Part shown: piece after piece, positions 9,657-19,259 of the stretch
Layout: each line of letters opens with the position of its first letter
Numbering within the stretch: the stretch's first letter is position 1
Source of the DNA: an uncultured Gammaproteobacteria bacterium
GTDB taxonomy: Bacteria; Patescibacteriota; Microgenomatia; PFEM01; DATLAM01
DNA length: 64,000 bases
Assembly: GCA_964566925.1 (NCBI GenBank)
Contig: CAZMIZ010000001.1
Span: forward strand, 71,248 to 135,247
Direction: 5' to 3'
The notes under the pieces: model-generated
What the model saw: the letters and a program-made list of their open reading frames with translations, nothing else
Database searches by the model: none
What the model was told of the DNA's origin: nothing
Position numbers and translations under genes: made by a program

Positions 9657-12600
9657 TTACTCTTCAATCCTGGCTCTTTCTGGGGAAACAGGAATTAAGC
9701 GACCAATAATAACGTTTTCTTTTAAGCCTAGCAACCGGTCTTCTTTCCCTGCCGTCGCCGCATCAGTTAGAATATTAGTTGTCTCTTGGAATGAAGCAGC
9801 CGAAAGCCATGATTCAGTATAAAGAGAGGCTCTGGTAATCCCTAAAATCACAATCTGAGCGCTGGCTGGCTCTCCCCCCTCAGCTAAAACCCGCGCATTT
9901 TCATCCTCAAAATGGATTTTATCAACCAACTCTCCGGGCAACAAAGAGGTGTCTCCTGTTGTCTCAATCTTCACTTTATCGCTCATCTTTCGAACAATTA
10001 CCTCAAAATGCTTATCGTTTATCGGAATTCCCTGAGACTCGTAAACCCGCTGGATTTCTTCAATTAAATATTCTTGGGCGGCCCGAAGACCTCTGATTTC
10101 CAGAACCTCTTTAATGTCCAGAGCCCCTGAAGCTAGTTGAGCCCCAGCCTCAATCAACTGACCTTCTTTGATCCGAAGGGTGCTGACCGCAGGGATAAGG
10201 TATTCTCTCTCTTCAGCTGGCTTAATACCCACACTCCTAAGGCGAATTTTATAGCCTTCGTCTGTCTCGACTACCTTCGCTTTTCCGGCAATTTCGGCTA
10301 AAGGAGAAAGGACTTTAGGCGTTCGCGCTTCAAAAAGTTCTTCTACTCGAGGTAGTCCTTGGGTCACATCAGAAACAACGATGCCGCCAAAATGCCTGAC
10401 TCGCATTGTTAATTGAGTTCCTGGCTCGCCAATGGATTGGGCGGCAATAATCCCTACTGGTGTCCCGACTTCAACCATTCCTTTAGTCGAAAAGTCCCAA
10501 CCATAACAGGTAGCGCACATGCCATAATGGGCCTCACAAGTCAAAGGAGAACGAATGACCACCCGATCCACCCCTTTCTTTTCCAAGAGGCCAATATTTT
10601 CCCCAGTAATCATTTCACCCTTCTTTAAGAGAACCTTTTTCGTCTTTTTATCAATCACCTCTTTGGCGAGAATTCTGCCTAAAATCCGGTTTAAGAATGA
10701 CTTCTTTCTTTGGCCGGACCGACTAATTTCCACTCCCTCTTTTGTTTGGCAATCTTCTTGGCGAACAATAACGTCATGGGCAACATCAACCAAACGACGA
10801 GTGAGATAACCGGCATCAGCAGTTTTAATGGCTGAATCGGTCAAACCTTTTCTTGAACCTCTAGTACTGGTCACATACTCAAAGATAGAAAGTCCTTCGC
10901 GGAAATTTGATTTTGTCGGCAGCTCTACGATTTTCCCTAAAGGATCAACCACTAAGCCACGCATTGCCGCCAATTGTTTCACCTGATCTCGGGAAGCCCT
11001 GGTCCCTCCGGAATCAATGATCACCCGAACACTATTCTCTGGCGAGAAATTCTCCCAGGTGAGATCGGCGATTTCTTCGGTGGTTTCCATCCAAATGTCT
11101 TGAGTCAGCCGTCGACGTTCCTGATCGGTAATCAAACCCCGAATAAAATTTTTCTCTACTTGGGCCACCTTTTCATTAGCGGTTTCAATAATTTTCCCTT
11201 TTTCTGGAATCACCTCATTATCCCATAAACCCACCGAGACTCCGGAGGAGGTGGCCGCCCAAAAACCCAAATCTTTAAGATCGTCTATTAGTTTTACTAT
11301 CTCCTCTTTTTCACAAACCTGGAGAGCGCGGGTAATCAAAGCCTTGATTGTCCCCTGACGGACACCATCATTTACAAAGCGTAGTGATTGAGGCAATATC
11401 TCGTTAAAAAGAAGTCGCCCAACGGTCGTCTCCACTATTTTTTCCTCGAGACGAACTTTGATCCTCTGACGAAGCTTTATTTTTTTCTCTTGGAAGGCTA
11501 AGATTGCCTCATGTTGATGGGTAAAAATCGTCGGGTGTGGTTTCAGCCGAGAATCAGTTGAGGTTAAATAGTAACATCCCAAAGCCATCTCTTTGTTGGG
11601 GATAGTAATTGGAGAACCGTCTGCTGGCTTCAGAAGGTTGTTTTCGGGAGTCATTAATTCTTTTGACTCTTCACGAGCTTTTTTCCCGAGGGGGATATGA
11701 ACAGCCATTTGATCGCCGTCAAAATCAGCGTTGTAACCGGCACAAACACATGGATGAATCCTGATTGCGTTACCTTCAATTAAGATGGGATAAAAGGCTT
11801 GAATCCCCAGTTTATGAAGGGTGGGCGCTCGATTGAGTAAAACTGGATGCTCTCGGGTAATTTTTTCTAAGATATCGAAAACCTCAGGGGGGCGATGTTC
11901 AAGAGCGTACTTGGCGCTTTTAACGTTAGGGGCAATCCCTGAAAGGATTAATTCCCGAAGAACAAAGGGCTTAAACATCTCTAAGGCCATCTCTTTAGGT
12001 AACCCACATTGATTAAGTTTTAGTTCAGGACCGACAATGATCACTGACCGGCCAGAGTAATCAACTCTCTTTCCCAACAGATTTTGTCTAAATCGGCCCT
12101 GCTTCCCTCTTAACATGTCTGATAAAGAGCGTAAAGGTTGGGTGCGACGACGAAAGCGCTTCGTTGGCCGGCGAGAAATATCAATTAGACTATCAACCGC
12201 TTCTTGAAGCATTCTTTTTTCATTCCGCAAAATAATCTCAGGGGCACCAAGCTCTACCAAGTGCTTAAGTCGATTATTACGATTAATCACTCGCCGATAA
12301 AGGTCGTTCAGATCGCTCGTAGCAAACCTTCCTCCTGAAAGTTGAACCATCGGGCGTAAATCTGGGGGAATAACCGGGAGAATTCGCAAAATCATCCAAG
12401 AGGGGTTAACTTCTGATTTTTTCAGTTCCTCAACTAGACGAAGACGTTTGGTGACCTTGATCCGCTTTGCCCCTCGCGCCTGACGAGCTTCCTTCCTCAA
12501 GTCAGTAATTAAATCCTGAAGTTTGATCTTTTTAATAACTTCCAGGAGTCCATCTGCCCCCATCCTTACCTTGAAGAAATTAGTCACCTTATACTCGCCC

Positions 12601-13355
12601 AGTTTAAGATATTCATCTTCAGTGAGTAAGCTCAGCTCTCGGAGGCTTCTAACCTTTTCGCCAAGATTCCGGTAAATTTCCTCTATTTGCTCTTGTTCAA
12701 GAAGATGCTCATCTCGGAGAGCTTGAATTTTTTGTTTAATTTTCAATTTCGTTTCGGCGACAACCAAGCTTTGCCGCTCTTTATTTTTGATCTTTTTCGC
12801 CACGGCCTTTTCTTCCTTCGCTCCTTCTTTTTTAATTTTTCTGATCTCCTTGTCAAAATCTTGGCGAAGTTTTTTCTTCTTTTTTGCCAATTCGTCTTCC
12901 AATAGGGCTAAGGCTTTCTTTTTTTTCTTTAGATCAATTTCGCTAATCAAATATTGAGCAAAATAAGTCACCGCCTCCAAGTCTCGGGAAGACATATTTA
13001 AAAGAAGCGAAAGTTTAGAAGGAGCACCTTTAAAAAACCAAATATGGACTACAGGAGAAGCGAGATTAATATGCCCCATTCGGTCGCGCCTCACCCGCGA
13101 TTGGGTTACCTCCACACCACATTTATCACAAACAATTCCTCGATAACGCACCCGTTTATATTTTCCACAATAACACTCCCAATCTTTAGTGGGACCGAAA
13201 ATTCTTTCACAAAAGAGGCCATCTTTTTCTGACTTTAAAGTTCGATAATTAATTGTTTCTGGCTTAGTCACTTCTCCATGAGACCAAGATTTGATCTCTT
13301 GCGGTGAAGCAAGTTTTATTTTGAGACCAGCAAAATCAACTACTTCTCTTTTCAT
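9657..13355 (-). CDS. rpoC: RNA polymerase beta' subunit
   Basis: Zinc-binding CYCGKYKRV…CDKCGV and NADFDGD motifs. Contains a lineage-specific Lys/Glu-rich insertion (~residues 140-240). Confidence 0.95.
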   Translation of the reverse strand: MKREVVDFAGLKIKLASPQEIKSWSHGEVTKPETINYRTLKSEKDGLFCERIFGPTKDWECYCGKYKRVRYRGIVCDKCGVEVTQSRVRRDRMGHINLASPVVHIWFFKGAPSKLSLLLNMSSRDLEAVTYFAQYLISEIDLKKKKKALALLEDELAKKKKKLRQDFDKEIRKIKKEGAKEEKAVAKKIKNKERQSLVVAETKLKIKQKIQALRDEHLLEQEQIEEIYRNLGEKVRSLRELSLLTEDEYLKLGEYKVTNFFKVRMGADGLLEVIKKIKLQDLITDLRKEARQARGAKRIKVTKRLRLVEELKKSEVNPSWMILRILPVIPPDLRPMVQLSGGRFATSDLNDLYRRVINRNNRLKHLVELGAPEIILRNEKRMLQEAVDSLIDISRRPTKRFRRRTQPLRSLSDMLRGKQGRFRQNLLGKRVDYSGRSVIIVGPELKLNQCGLPKEMALEMFKPFVLRELILSGIAPNVKSAKYALEHRPPEVFDILEKITREHPVLLNRAPTLHKLGIQAFYPILIEGNAIRIHPCVCAGYNADFDGDQMAVHIPLGKKAREESKELMTPENNLLKPADGSPITIPNKEMALGCYYLTSTDSRLKPHPTIFTHQHEAILAFQEKKIKLRQRIKVRLEEKIVETTVGRLLFNEILPQSLRFVNDGVRQGTIKALITRALQVCEKEEIVKLIDDLKDLGFWAATSSGVSVGLWDNEVIPEKGKIIETANEKVAQVEKNFIRGLITDQERRRLTQDIWMETTEEIADLTWENFSPENSVRVIIDSGGTRASRDQVKQLAAMRGLVVDPLGKIVELPTKSNFREGLSIFEYVTSTRGSRKGLTDSAIKTADAGYLTRRLVDVAHDVIVRQEDCQTKEGVEISRSGQRKKSFLNRILGRILAKEVIDKKTKKVLLKKGEMITGENIGLLEKKGVDRVVIRSPLTCEAHYGMCATCYGWDFSTKGMVEVGTPVGIIAAQSIGEPGTQLTMRVRHFGGIVVSDVTQGLPRVEELFEARTPKVLSPLAEIAGKAKVVETDEGYKIRLRSVGIKPAEEREYLIPAVSTLRIKEGQLIEAGAQLASGALDIKEVLEIRGLRAAQEYLIEEIQRVYESQGIPINDKHFEVIVRKMSDKVKIETTGDTSLLPGELVDKIHFEDENARVLAEGGEPASAQIVILGITRASLYTESWLSAASFQETTNILTDAATAGKEDRLLGLKENVIIGRLIPVSPERARIEE

Positions 13356-16300
13356 TTTTTAACCTCCGTCGTCCCCCCTCCGGCGACTACTTCTGCGCCA
13401 GCGGCTTGGGAAAGCTCCTTAGCCTCTTTCTCTACTTTTTCTTCTCCTTCTTCTATTTCTGCTTTCTTTTCACTAACAACGTCGGTAGGAATCACATTTA
13501 AGCCTAGGCTGTTCAATTCTTTAACTAAAACTTTAAACGATTCGGGAACCGTCGCCTCAGGAATATCTGTCCCTTTAACGATAGCTTCAAAAGTTTTGGC
13601 TCGACCGACAACATCATCAGATTTAATGGTCAACATCTCTTGGAGAGTCCGCGCCGCCCGATGGCCTTCTAAGGCCCAAACTTCCATCTCACCTAAGCGC
13701 TGGCCTCCCATTTGGGCTTTTCCTCCTAAAGGTTGCTGGGTCACCAAAGAATATGGCCCGGTTGAGCGCGCGTGAGTCTTATCTTCCACCATATGAATCA
13801 ATTTCAAAATATAAGCAATCCCAACGGCACTTTTTTCCTCAAATTTGTCTCCACTTCGACCGTCAAAGAGCCTCACTTTTCCATCCACGGGTAAACCAGC
13901 TTTTTTGAGTTCTTGACTAATCCTTCTCTCAGAAAGCTTTTCGAAAACAGGGATAGCGACTTTATGGCCGAGTTTCTGCATGGCCCAGCCAAGATGGGCT
14001 TCGAGAAGCTGGCCTAGATTCATCCGTGCCAAAACCGAAAGGGGAGAAATAATAATATCGACTGGTGTCCCATCTGGAAGATAGGGCATGTCAGCCACCG
14101 GGACAATCTCAGAAATAACTCCTTTATTCCCATGACGACCGGCTAATTTGTCTCCAACCGACACTTTTCTGATCTGAGCAACAGAAACCTTGATTTTTTT
14201 GATCGTTCCTGGCTCAAGCTCATCTTTCTCATCTCGATCAAGAATGGAAACATCCACTACCGTTCCTTTTTCCCCGTGGGGCATCCGCAACGAGGTATCC
14301 CGAACCTCCCTTGCCTTTTCTCCAAAGATGGCTCTTAAGAGCCTTTCTTCAGCTGTTAATTCTGTTTCTCCTTTAGGGGCAATCTTGCCAACCAAAATGT
14401 CATTTGGTCCCACTTCGCTCCCGACAACCACAATTCCGTCTTCGGCCAAATTGGCTAAGTCGGTTTCGCTTACGTTGGGAATGTCTCGGGTCAACTCTTC
14501 AGGACCCAATTTCGTTTCGACTAGTGGAGTCTCATATTCTTCAATATGAATCGAGGTTAAGATGTCTTCTTTCACTAGTCGATCGGAAATAATAACCGCA
14601 TCTTCATAGCCTAATCCGTCTAAAGAACAATAAGCAATAATTAGATTTTGGCCTAAACCCAATTCCCCTTTTTCACAAGAAGGTCCATCGATAATTAAAT
14701 CGCCTTTTTTTACTTGATCGCCGATTTCCACTAAGGGTCGCTGAGAATAACAGGTGCTTTGGGCCGAACGGGAAAATTTGACCACTTTGTAAATCTCTTG
14801 ATTCCCTCCAATTCTGATATCCTCGGTGTTTTGCAAAGCCTTTTCCTGCCCAACTTCTTTCATTGATTTTGGATTTAGCTTAACCACTACTTTCTCGGCA
14901 TCAACCCAAATCACTTTCCCTGAATGGCGTGCCCGAACCACTCGCTTCATCGCCTCAGCCACCACCCTCTCCATCCCTGTACCCACAACAGGAGATTGGG
15001 GCTTAACAACCGGAATCGCTTGACACTGCATATGAGTACCCATGAGAGCCCGGTTAGCTTCGTCATGGGCTAAAAAGGGAATTAAAGAGGCAGAAGTACC
15101 AACTACCTGGCGAGGGGTAAGATCAATTAATTCTACCTTCTCTACTGGCGCTTCCAAAAACTCTCCCTGGAAACGAACTGGCACCCAAGCATCGGTAATA
15201 AAACTCCTCCCATCAACATTAACGCCTGCATGAGTAACATAACGTTCCTGTTCTTCATCGGCAGGTAAATAAACAATCTCATCGCTCACCTTCATTCGTA
15301 TTTTTCCGTTTTTCCCTTTTTGTTTTTTTACTTTCCTATAAGGAGTTTCTAAAAAACCATATTCGTTCACCCGAGCATAAAGAGCCATATAAGTCACCAA
15401 ACCGATATTGGGCCCTTCAGGAGAACGAACAGGGCAGATCCGCCCGTATTGAGAGGCGTTTATGTCTCTAATAGAAAAGGAGGCGCGCTCACGGCTGATC
15501 CCGCCTGGCCCCATCACTGAAACCCGGCGCAAATTATCAATCTCAGAAAGAGGATTGGTCTGATCTAAAATGGTCGATAACTGATTGCTCCGAAAAAAAC
15601 TGTTAATTGAAGCAATGATCGGTCGGGCATTGACTAATTGGGTCGGTGTCGCTTTTTCTTCGGTACTCACTAAGCTCATTTTCTCCCGAATCGATCGTTC
15701 GAGACGGAGCAGTCCGATTCGCAAAGCCGTCTCGGCAACTAGTTCGCCAACTCGCCGAATTCGGCGGTTAGCTAAATGGTCAATATCATCAACCCTCCCC
15801 TGCCCACCTTGAAGATTAATAAGATATTTGATCGTTGCCAAGACATCTTCTTTGGTTAAAACCCAACTTTTGGACTCATTAGGAATTTTAAGCCCTAACC
15901 TTTTATTGATCTTAAACCGGCCGGTTTTCCCTAAATTATAGCGGCGATGATGGAAAAACATATTCGCCAAAAGCTCTTGAGCATTCTCTAAAACGGCTGG
16001 TTCTCCAGGGCGCATTTTCTGGTAAATTTCGACCACTGCCTCTTCGGACGTCTTAGTAGGATCTTTTTCCAGGGTAGCCAATAAGAATTTATTTTTTCCT
16101 TTTGCTGCTTTCTCTGCAAAAGCAGTAAAAATATCTTCATCTTGAGAATAACCAAAGGCACGCAGAAGAACGGTGAAAGGAAATTTTCGCCGCCGGTCAA
16201 TTCTGACACTAATAACATCATTTCTATTCACGAAAAATTCAAGCCAAGATCCTCGTAAGGGGCGGATCTCGGCACTATAAAGCATCCTTCCGGAAACCCG

Positions 16301-16741
16301 ATCAATTCCGCCTGAGAAAAAAACGCCCGGAGACCGGACGATTTGGTTAACCACAGCTCGCTGAACACCATTAATAATAAAAAGACCCTTCTCGGTCATC
16401 CGAGGCATATCGCCCAAAAAAACCTCTTTCTTGGTTTCTCGACCAGTTTTTTTGTTCAATAATTTCGCTTGGACTCGAAGAGGGAAATCATAGGAAACTC
16501 CCTTTCGAATCGCCTCTGAGGGATTGTATTTTGATTCTCCAAAGGAATGATTACCAAAAGAGAGTTCCCAATTTTTACCAGTAAAATCTTCTATAGGGGA
16601 GATTTCGGCCAATCCTTCAGCGATTCCTTGTTTTAGAAACCAATCATAAGATTCTCGCTGAACGGCGAGGAGGTCAAATAACGGCAGGCTTTTATGGGTG
16701 GCGCCCCAATAGAGGCGACCAGATCTAGTTCGAGAGGCCAT
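13352..16741 (-). CDS. rpoB: RNA polymerase beta subunit
   Basis: Beta-subunit motifs throughout. The track start at 16786 is a TTG; the ATG at 16741 (MASRTRSG…) is more plausible. Four-nt overlap (ATGA) with rpoC. Confidence 0.9.
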   Translation of the reverse strand: MASRTRSGRLYWGATHKSLPLFDLLAVQRESYDWFLKQGIAEGLAEISPIEDFTGKNWELSFGNHSFGESKYNPSEAIRKGVSYDFPLRVQAKLLNKKTGRETKKEVFLGDMPRMTEKGLFIINGVQRAVVNQIVRSPGVFFSGGIDRVSGRMLYSAEIRPLRGSWLEFFVNRNDVISVRIDRRRKFPFTVLLRAFGYSQDEDIFTAFAEKAAKGKNKFLLATLEKDPTKTSEEAVVEIYQKMRPGEPAVLENAQELLANMFFHHRRYNLGKTGRFKINKRLGLKIPNESKSWVLTKEDVLATIKYLINLQGGQGRVDDIDHLANRRIRRVGELVAETALRIGLLRLERSIREKMSLVSTEEKATPTQLVNARPIIASINSFFRSNQLSTILDQTNPLSEIDNLRRVSVMGPGGISRERASFSIRDINASQYGRICPVRSPEGPNIGLVTYMALYARVNEYGFLETPYRKVKKQKGKNGKIRMKVSDEIVYLPADEEQERYVTHAGVNVDGRSFITDAWVPVRFQGEFLEAPVEKVELIDLTPRQVVGTSASLIPFLAHDEANRALMGTHMQCQAIPVVKPQSPVVGTGMERVVAEAMKRVVRARHSGKVIWVDAEKVVVKLNPKSMKEVGQEKALQNTEDIRIGGNQEIYKVVKFSRSAQSTCYSQRPLVEIGDQVKKGDLIIDGPSCEKGELGLGQNLIIAYCSLDGLGYEDAVIISDRLVKEDILTSIHIEEYETPLVETKLGPEELTRDIPNVSETDLANLAEDGIVVVGSEVGPNDILVGKIAPKGETELTAEERLLRAIFGEKAREVRDTSLRMPHGEKGTVVDVSILDRDEKDELEPGTIKKIKVSVAQIRKVSVGDKLAGRHGNKGVISEIVPVADMPYLPDGTPVDIIISPLSVLARMNLGQLLEAHLGWAMQKLGHKVAIPVFEKLSERRISQELKKAGLPVDGKVRLFDGRSGDKFEEKSAVGIAYILKLIHMVEDKTHARSTGPYSLVTQQPLGGKAQMGGQRLGEMEVWALEGHRAARTLQEMLTIKSDDVVGRAKTFEAIVKGTDIPEATVPESFKVLVKELNSLGLNVIPTDVVSEKKAEIEEGEEKVEKEAKELSQAAGAEVVAGGGTTEVKK

Positions 16742-16875
16742 CAGGTAACCAGATAAAAAAATATGTCCAATTTTTGGACGACACAAAAACCAGACCTACT
16801 GGTCTTTATGAAAGCTTTATTTAATTGAATTGAATTATAGCTAATCTTGCCAAACCTGTCAAGCTTTGAAACACT

Positions 16876-17895
16876 TTATTTTAGATATTGATTGACGTTC
16901 TGATTATGTTCTGCGGCAGTTTGGGCATAATGGACAATCCCTGAGGAGTCAGATAAATAGAACCAGTACTCGCTTTCTCGAAAATCAATCACAGCCTTAA
17001 TCGAGGCTAGGCCCGGATTACAAATTGGGTTTGGAGGTAAACCCTTATGTTCGTAAGTATTAAAAGGCGACTCAATTCTAAGATTCTCTCTGGTTAAATT
17101 TTTTGGCCACCAGTCAAAATCCATTAACTGATCAAGGCTTAAATTGGTTGCCTTTTGATCGGCTAACGCATATTGAATCGTCGCATCAGTTTGAAGAGGC
17201 CAATCGTTCCGCCACCTTTTGATCAAAATTCCAGCTACCAAAGGCCTGTCTTGATCGCTCTTCACTTCTCTTTCTACAATTGAGGCCAGAATCAGAACCT
17301 GCTTCTTGGTTAAGCTTTTATTATTGGCCTGTTTCTCCAGCTCAGAAGAGAATTTTTTTTCAAAATTGCGGCTAAAAATTCCAATTACCGCCGAAGGGCT
17401 CGCTTCAACTGGAATCAGATAGGTATCAGGAAAAAGAGATCCTTCAAAATCGGCCGTTCGCTCTAAAAATTCTTGATAACTAAATTCTTCGAGATTGCTG
17501 GCCAGTCGGCGGCTAAATTCTTCTCGCCGCCAACCCTCAGGAAAGGTCAACCAAATATCAAGCGTCCCATGAGTAAGGACATAAACCACCTCTTCGGTAG
17601 TTAGAGAAGGCCTTAAGCGAAAATCGCCTGCCTGGATACTTCCAGCTAAACCTCTACTTAAAACTAAAATTCTGAAAGCAAGCGAGCTTCTAATCAAGCC
17701 TTCTTCCCTTAACCGACTGGCCACCAAGGTTAAACTTTCACCTTTTTCAACGACAAGAACTTTAGGAGGGGCCGGCTGGAGACTGCTCACTGGCTGGGTT
17801 GCCCATTGCCACCAAAAAAGGACCAGCCCTAAAAAAAATAACGCTGTTGTCAGCGCTAAAACAGGAAAAAGGAACTTTTTCTTCCTCATCAACAT
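16876..17895 (-). CDS. mltG: Endolytic murein transglycosylase, MltG/YceG family
   Basis: N-terminal TM and YceG-like core; lies in the conserved alaS–ruvX–mltG neighbourhood. Confidence 0.7.
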   Translation of the reverse strand: MLMRKKKFLFPVLALTTALFFLGLVLFWWQWATQPVSSLQPAPPKVLVVEKGESLTLVASRLREEGLIRSSLAFRILVLSRGLAGSIQAGDFRLRPSLTTEEVVYVLTHGTLDIWLTFPEGWRREEFSRRLASNLEEFSYQEFLERTADFEGSLFPDTYLIPVEASPSAVIGIFSRNFEKKFSSELEKQANNKSLTKKQVLILASIVEREVKSDQDRPLVAGILIKRWRNDWPLQTDATIQYALADQKATNLSLDQLMDFDWWPKNLTRENLRIESPFNTYEHKGLPPNPICNPGLASIKAVIDFRESEYWFYLSDSSGIVHYAQTAAEHNQNVNQYLK

Positions 17896-17907
17896 TTCTT
17901 TGCGCCT

Positions 17908-18108
17908 TTAAACCTCTTCGAACAGAGCCCGACGGTATTTTTTGGTTTTAGGATTGTAGATGAAAATCCGGCCACACTTACAGATCACTTTCTCGGTTCC
18001 ATCTTTACGTTTTTCCTTTTTGCCCTTCTGAAGGGGCATGCCACATCCCACACACTGCCCCCGAGAAAGGAGCCAAGCCTGAACCGGAGCAATAATATTT
18101 TTAAACAT
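17908..18108 (-). CDS. Small zinc-ribbon protein (66 aa)
   Basis: CVGC…CKCG four-Cys arrangement; overlaps the ruvX stop by 8 nt. Confidence 0.4.
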   Translation of the reverse strand: MFKNIIAPVQAWLLSRGQCVGCGMPLQKGKKEKRKDGTEKVICKCGRIFIYNPKTKKYRRALFEEV

Positions 18109-18490
18109 CTGTCTTTAAACGCTCCAAAAATCCTTGCAAAATAATGGCCGCTGCGAAAGCGTCTTCTTTTTCTTGACGAAACTTTTTCTTCTTTCCAGCT
18201 TCTATCATTTTAGCAACTGCCTCTTTACTGGTCAAGCTTTCATCTTGAAATTCAACGGGGAGACCAGTTGATTTCTCCACTTTATGGGCGAATCCCCTAA
18301 TTCTTTCTGCTATTTTGCCTTCAGAAAAACCGAGCACAATTCTTTCTATCTGGTTCGTTTGACAGAGATTATTAATCTTCCCAATTAAGTGAAGGTCATT
18401 CTTAATTACTCCCAGCGGTTGAGGTAAACCGTCTTCGGCTAGAGCCAAGCCTATTTTTTTCAACCCAAAATCTATTCCTAAAAGCCTCAT
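18101..18490 (-). CDS. ruvX: Putative Holliday-junction resolvase / pre-16S nuclease, YqgF/RuvX family
   Basis: MRLLGIDFGLKKIGLALAED… N-terminus typical of YqgF; 129 aa. Confidence 0.75.
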   Translation of the reverse strand: MRLLGIDFGLKKIGLALAEDGLPQPLGVIKNDLHLIGKINNLCQTNQIERIVLGFSEGKIAERIRGFAHKVEKSTGLPVEFQDESLTSKEAVAKMIEAGKKKKFRQEKEDAFAAAIILQGFLERLKTDV

Positions 18491-18520
18491 TAGCTTTATT
18501 TTAGCACACCATTATGGGGG

Positions 18521-19255
18521 TCAAATTTCTACCAACTTCGCTCGGACGATAAGACGTTTTAAGTAAGTTCCCGGAGGAACACAAGTAATAAGACTTAAAT
18601 ATTCGGCGTCGTAGTGCTGTTCTAAAGCCGAAATGTCTTCTGGTCCTACCTCAACCATTTGGATAACTCGATAGCGATAAGAGATTCCATCAAAGTCAAT
18701 AAAAATCTCGTCTCCGCCTTCAAGGGTCGGCAGGGTCGAAAAGATAGTTTTGTAATTTTTGGGGCTAAAAAACTGGGGTAAAACTGAATGGCCAAAAATA
18801 ACGACATTGCCATAATCCCCAGGAAGAGCTGTTCCTGGATAATGAACCAGGCTTTGTTTTAAATCTTCGCCGCCAATTTCAACCACGGCGTCAATAATCT
18901 TCAGTTCAGGAATAGAAAGAGTGTAATGAGTAATTTTGCTGGGCCTGGTGGCTGGTTTTTCGGCTGAAGGAAACCAATTGTCAGGTTTTGTGTAGTCTAC
19001 CTCGGGAATTTTTTCTCCTAAAATCTGTGTTTTCGACTCAGTCGTGGTTCGCTCAGACACAGGCTTAATGAGCTCTTGCTTAAACCTAAAGCTGGTTATC
19101 AATTCATAGGAAATAATTGGTAGAGCAGCATTGGCGAGCAGGAAAAATCCAGCCAAGATCAAGAAAAAAGGGAAGATTTTCCCCGCCCTGATTAAAAGAA
19201 GTTTTTCTCTTGTTTCAACAGGGTTAACAGCTTTAACGTAACGATAAAGTGCCAT
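18521..19255 (-). CDS. Sortase-family transpeptidase
   Basis: N-terminal TM, His motif VVIFGHS and catalytic Cys motif LSLITCVPPGT (TLxTC). Confidence 0.6.
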   Translation of the reverse strand: MALYRYVKAVNPVETREKLLLIRAGKIFPFFLILAGFFLLANAALPIISYELITSFRFKQELIKPVSERTTTESKTQILGEKIPEVDYTKPDNWFPSAEKPATRPSKITHYTLSIPELKIIDAVVEIGGEDLKQSLVHYPGTALPGDYGNVVIFGHSVLPQFFSPKNYKTIFSTLPTLEGGDEIFIDFDGISYRYRVIQMVEVGPEDISALEQHYDAEYLSLITCVPPGTYLKRLIVRAKLVEI

Positions 19256-19259
19256 TGGA

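Noticed and set aside
16787-16812. Short hairpin (agacc…ggtct + T-run on the minus strand) between mltG and rpoB
   Set aside because: Only a 5-bp stem, so a weak terminator candidate; not reported as a feature.
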